The position numbers and the translations under genes are program-made. 64,000 bases of DNA from Nageia nagi (lineage: Eukaryota; Plantae; Pinophyta): NCBI GenBank assembly GCA_050084985.1, contig JBITNC010000001.1, positions 16,740,001-16,804,000 of the forward strand. Reading direction: 5' to 3'. Shown piece after piece: positions 62,574 to 64,000 of the stretch; position 1 is the first letter of the stretch; each line of letters starts with the position of its first letter. Below the pieces are notes generated by a model. The model did not search any database. It was not told the DNA's origin and saw only the letters and a list, made by a program, of their open reading frames with translations.

Positions 62574-64000
62574 TGAAAGAGATGAAACTCCTACACCCAA
62601 TATCACCTTGGAGTGTTCTTATACTTCAAGTGACAACATAAGAGATAATCAATCAATCACATATAAGTGAGACAACCATATATAGTGGTTCCTCTCTATC
62701 AAGAGAGTAGTCCACTCTAAGTAAGATTCTATTACTTCTCAAGACTTACAAAACTCTCTTACAACATTAGAATTCTCTCCTCCTATCAACCTACACTCTA
62801 AGAGCATAACAATCCTTCAAACTCAAGTGTATAAGGCTTAAGGAAGCCCTTCTATTTATAGGAGTAAAATATATGCACATGGGATGTGCATCCTTATGCC
62901 CATGAGATGGCCATGAGGTCAAGTGTAGGAGAATATTAAATTCACTAAATACTTAAAAGGTATTTAGGATACTTTTAAGTACTTAAGTGAGTTTAATTAG
63001 ATAATTACATTAGGAGATGATTTATTATTATTTTAGATAGCTTCTAAAGAATAATATTTACAATAATGAATTATTTATTCTAACACTCCCCCTTAATGTA
63101 ATATTCGGATAGAGAGAAAAGAAGATAGAAAGAGAGTGTAAGAGAGTTCTCCTCCATAAGAAATATAATCAAAGATGAGAACTTGACATCTTGAGAAGTA
63201 ATATAATCTAGCCAAGGCTCAATTAGATAACCATGTAACAAATGGTTTATAATACATCAATCATTAACCATAAATAGTTTCAATGTACAAACAATAGTCA
63301 TTCAACAATATGTTATCATGATGAGCATCCATGAGTTTACATATCTGAAGTAATTTCAAGATAAAATCTGCAAGCTATAAGAAACTCATACATAAGATCA
63401 GTTAGATGCATCATATATTCATATCAACATAAGATAGATGAATTAAATAATGCCATCCATAAATTGATCAAATGGTGCACTATAAGTCATCAAAAAGATG
63501 CTAAGCAAACTCATAGTCACCTATTGTATAAGAAACGCATGTGTTGATCATCATATATAAAAATAGGATATACATCCAATTATGCACATACAAGCTCCTC
63601 ACACATGGATAACTAAATAGTGCAAAAAATATACTAAAAAATTCATCTTATGTGGATAACTAAACAATTCCAACATGCATATACTAGTTCCTCACACATG
63701 GAGAACAAAAAAAATAGAGTGTATACAAAGATCAACTCTATACAACCAAAATATCCTCATAAGAGTGAAGTTTTCATCATAAAAATGAATTCAACAAGAA
63801 TTCAAACTCCACTCTCCTTTGAGGGAAACTTCACCATCCCGAGAGACCTTCGAAGCTTGCAAAACTGAGTGTTAGAAAGGGCTTGGTGAACAAATCAATG
63901 GAGTTTTTATTTGATGGATAATACTGAAGCTACAAGGTCTCATCCAAAACTTTCTCCCTTATGAAGTGTACTTGGATTTATACATTCTTTTTTTTTCTGA
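62574..64000 (-). mobile_element. 3' end of a Ty1/Copia element (RNase H end, 3' UTR, PPT, 3' LTR 62574-63085), related to the element at 5334-13313; runs off the right edge
   Basis: Minus strand reads ...cattaagggggagTGTTAGAAT, matching 12802-12823. The 3' UTR is collinear with 12090-12805. DLFTKP-like RNase H end at about 63880. Confidence 0.88.

Overview
Plant nuclear DNA, most likely a gymnosperm (inferred from a very long TE-filled intron and a Tat-type element with an RNase H domain right after the protease). The window holds one apparently intact host gene: a divergent SFR2-like glycoside hydrolase family 1 gene on the minus strand. It has 10 coding exons (52997 to 19044, 2031 nt, about 676 aa), all GT-AG and phase-compatible, and its 8th intron is about 27 kb. 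That intron contains an old L1-type LINE interrupted by (i) a small TIR element that was itself hit by a near-intact Copia carrying a captured alpha-tubulin fragment, and (ii) a 5.7-kb TG..CA insertion without gag/pol. A Galadriel-like chromovirus with a nested Ale-like Copia (non-canonical TG..CT ends) follows at the LINE 3' end. To the left of the gene is a three-level nest (Copia > RT-less Gypsy > Copia). To the right are PPR and NPF4 pseudogene fragments, a degenerate Tat-like Gypsy and the 3' end of another Copia. All calls come from reading the sequence by eye. Comparisons to reference proteins are from memory and need alignment.
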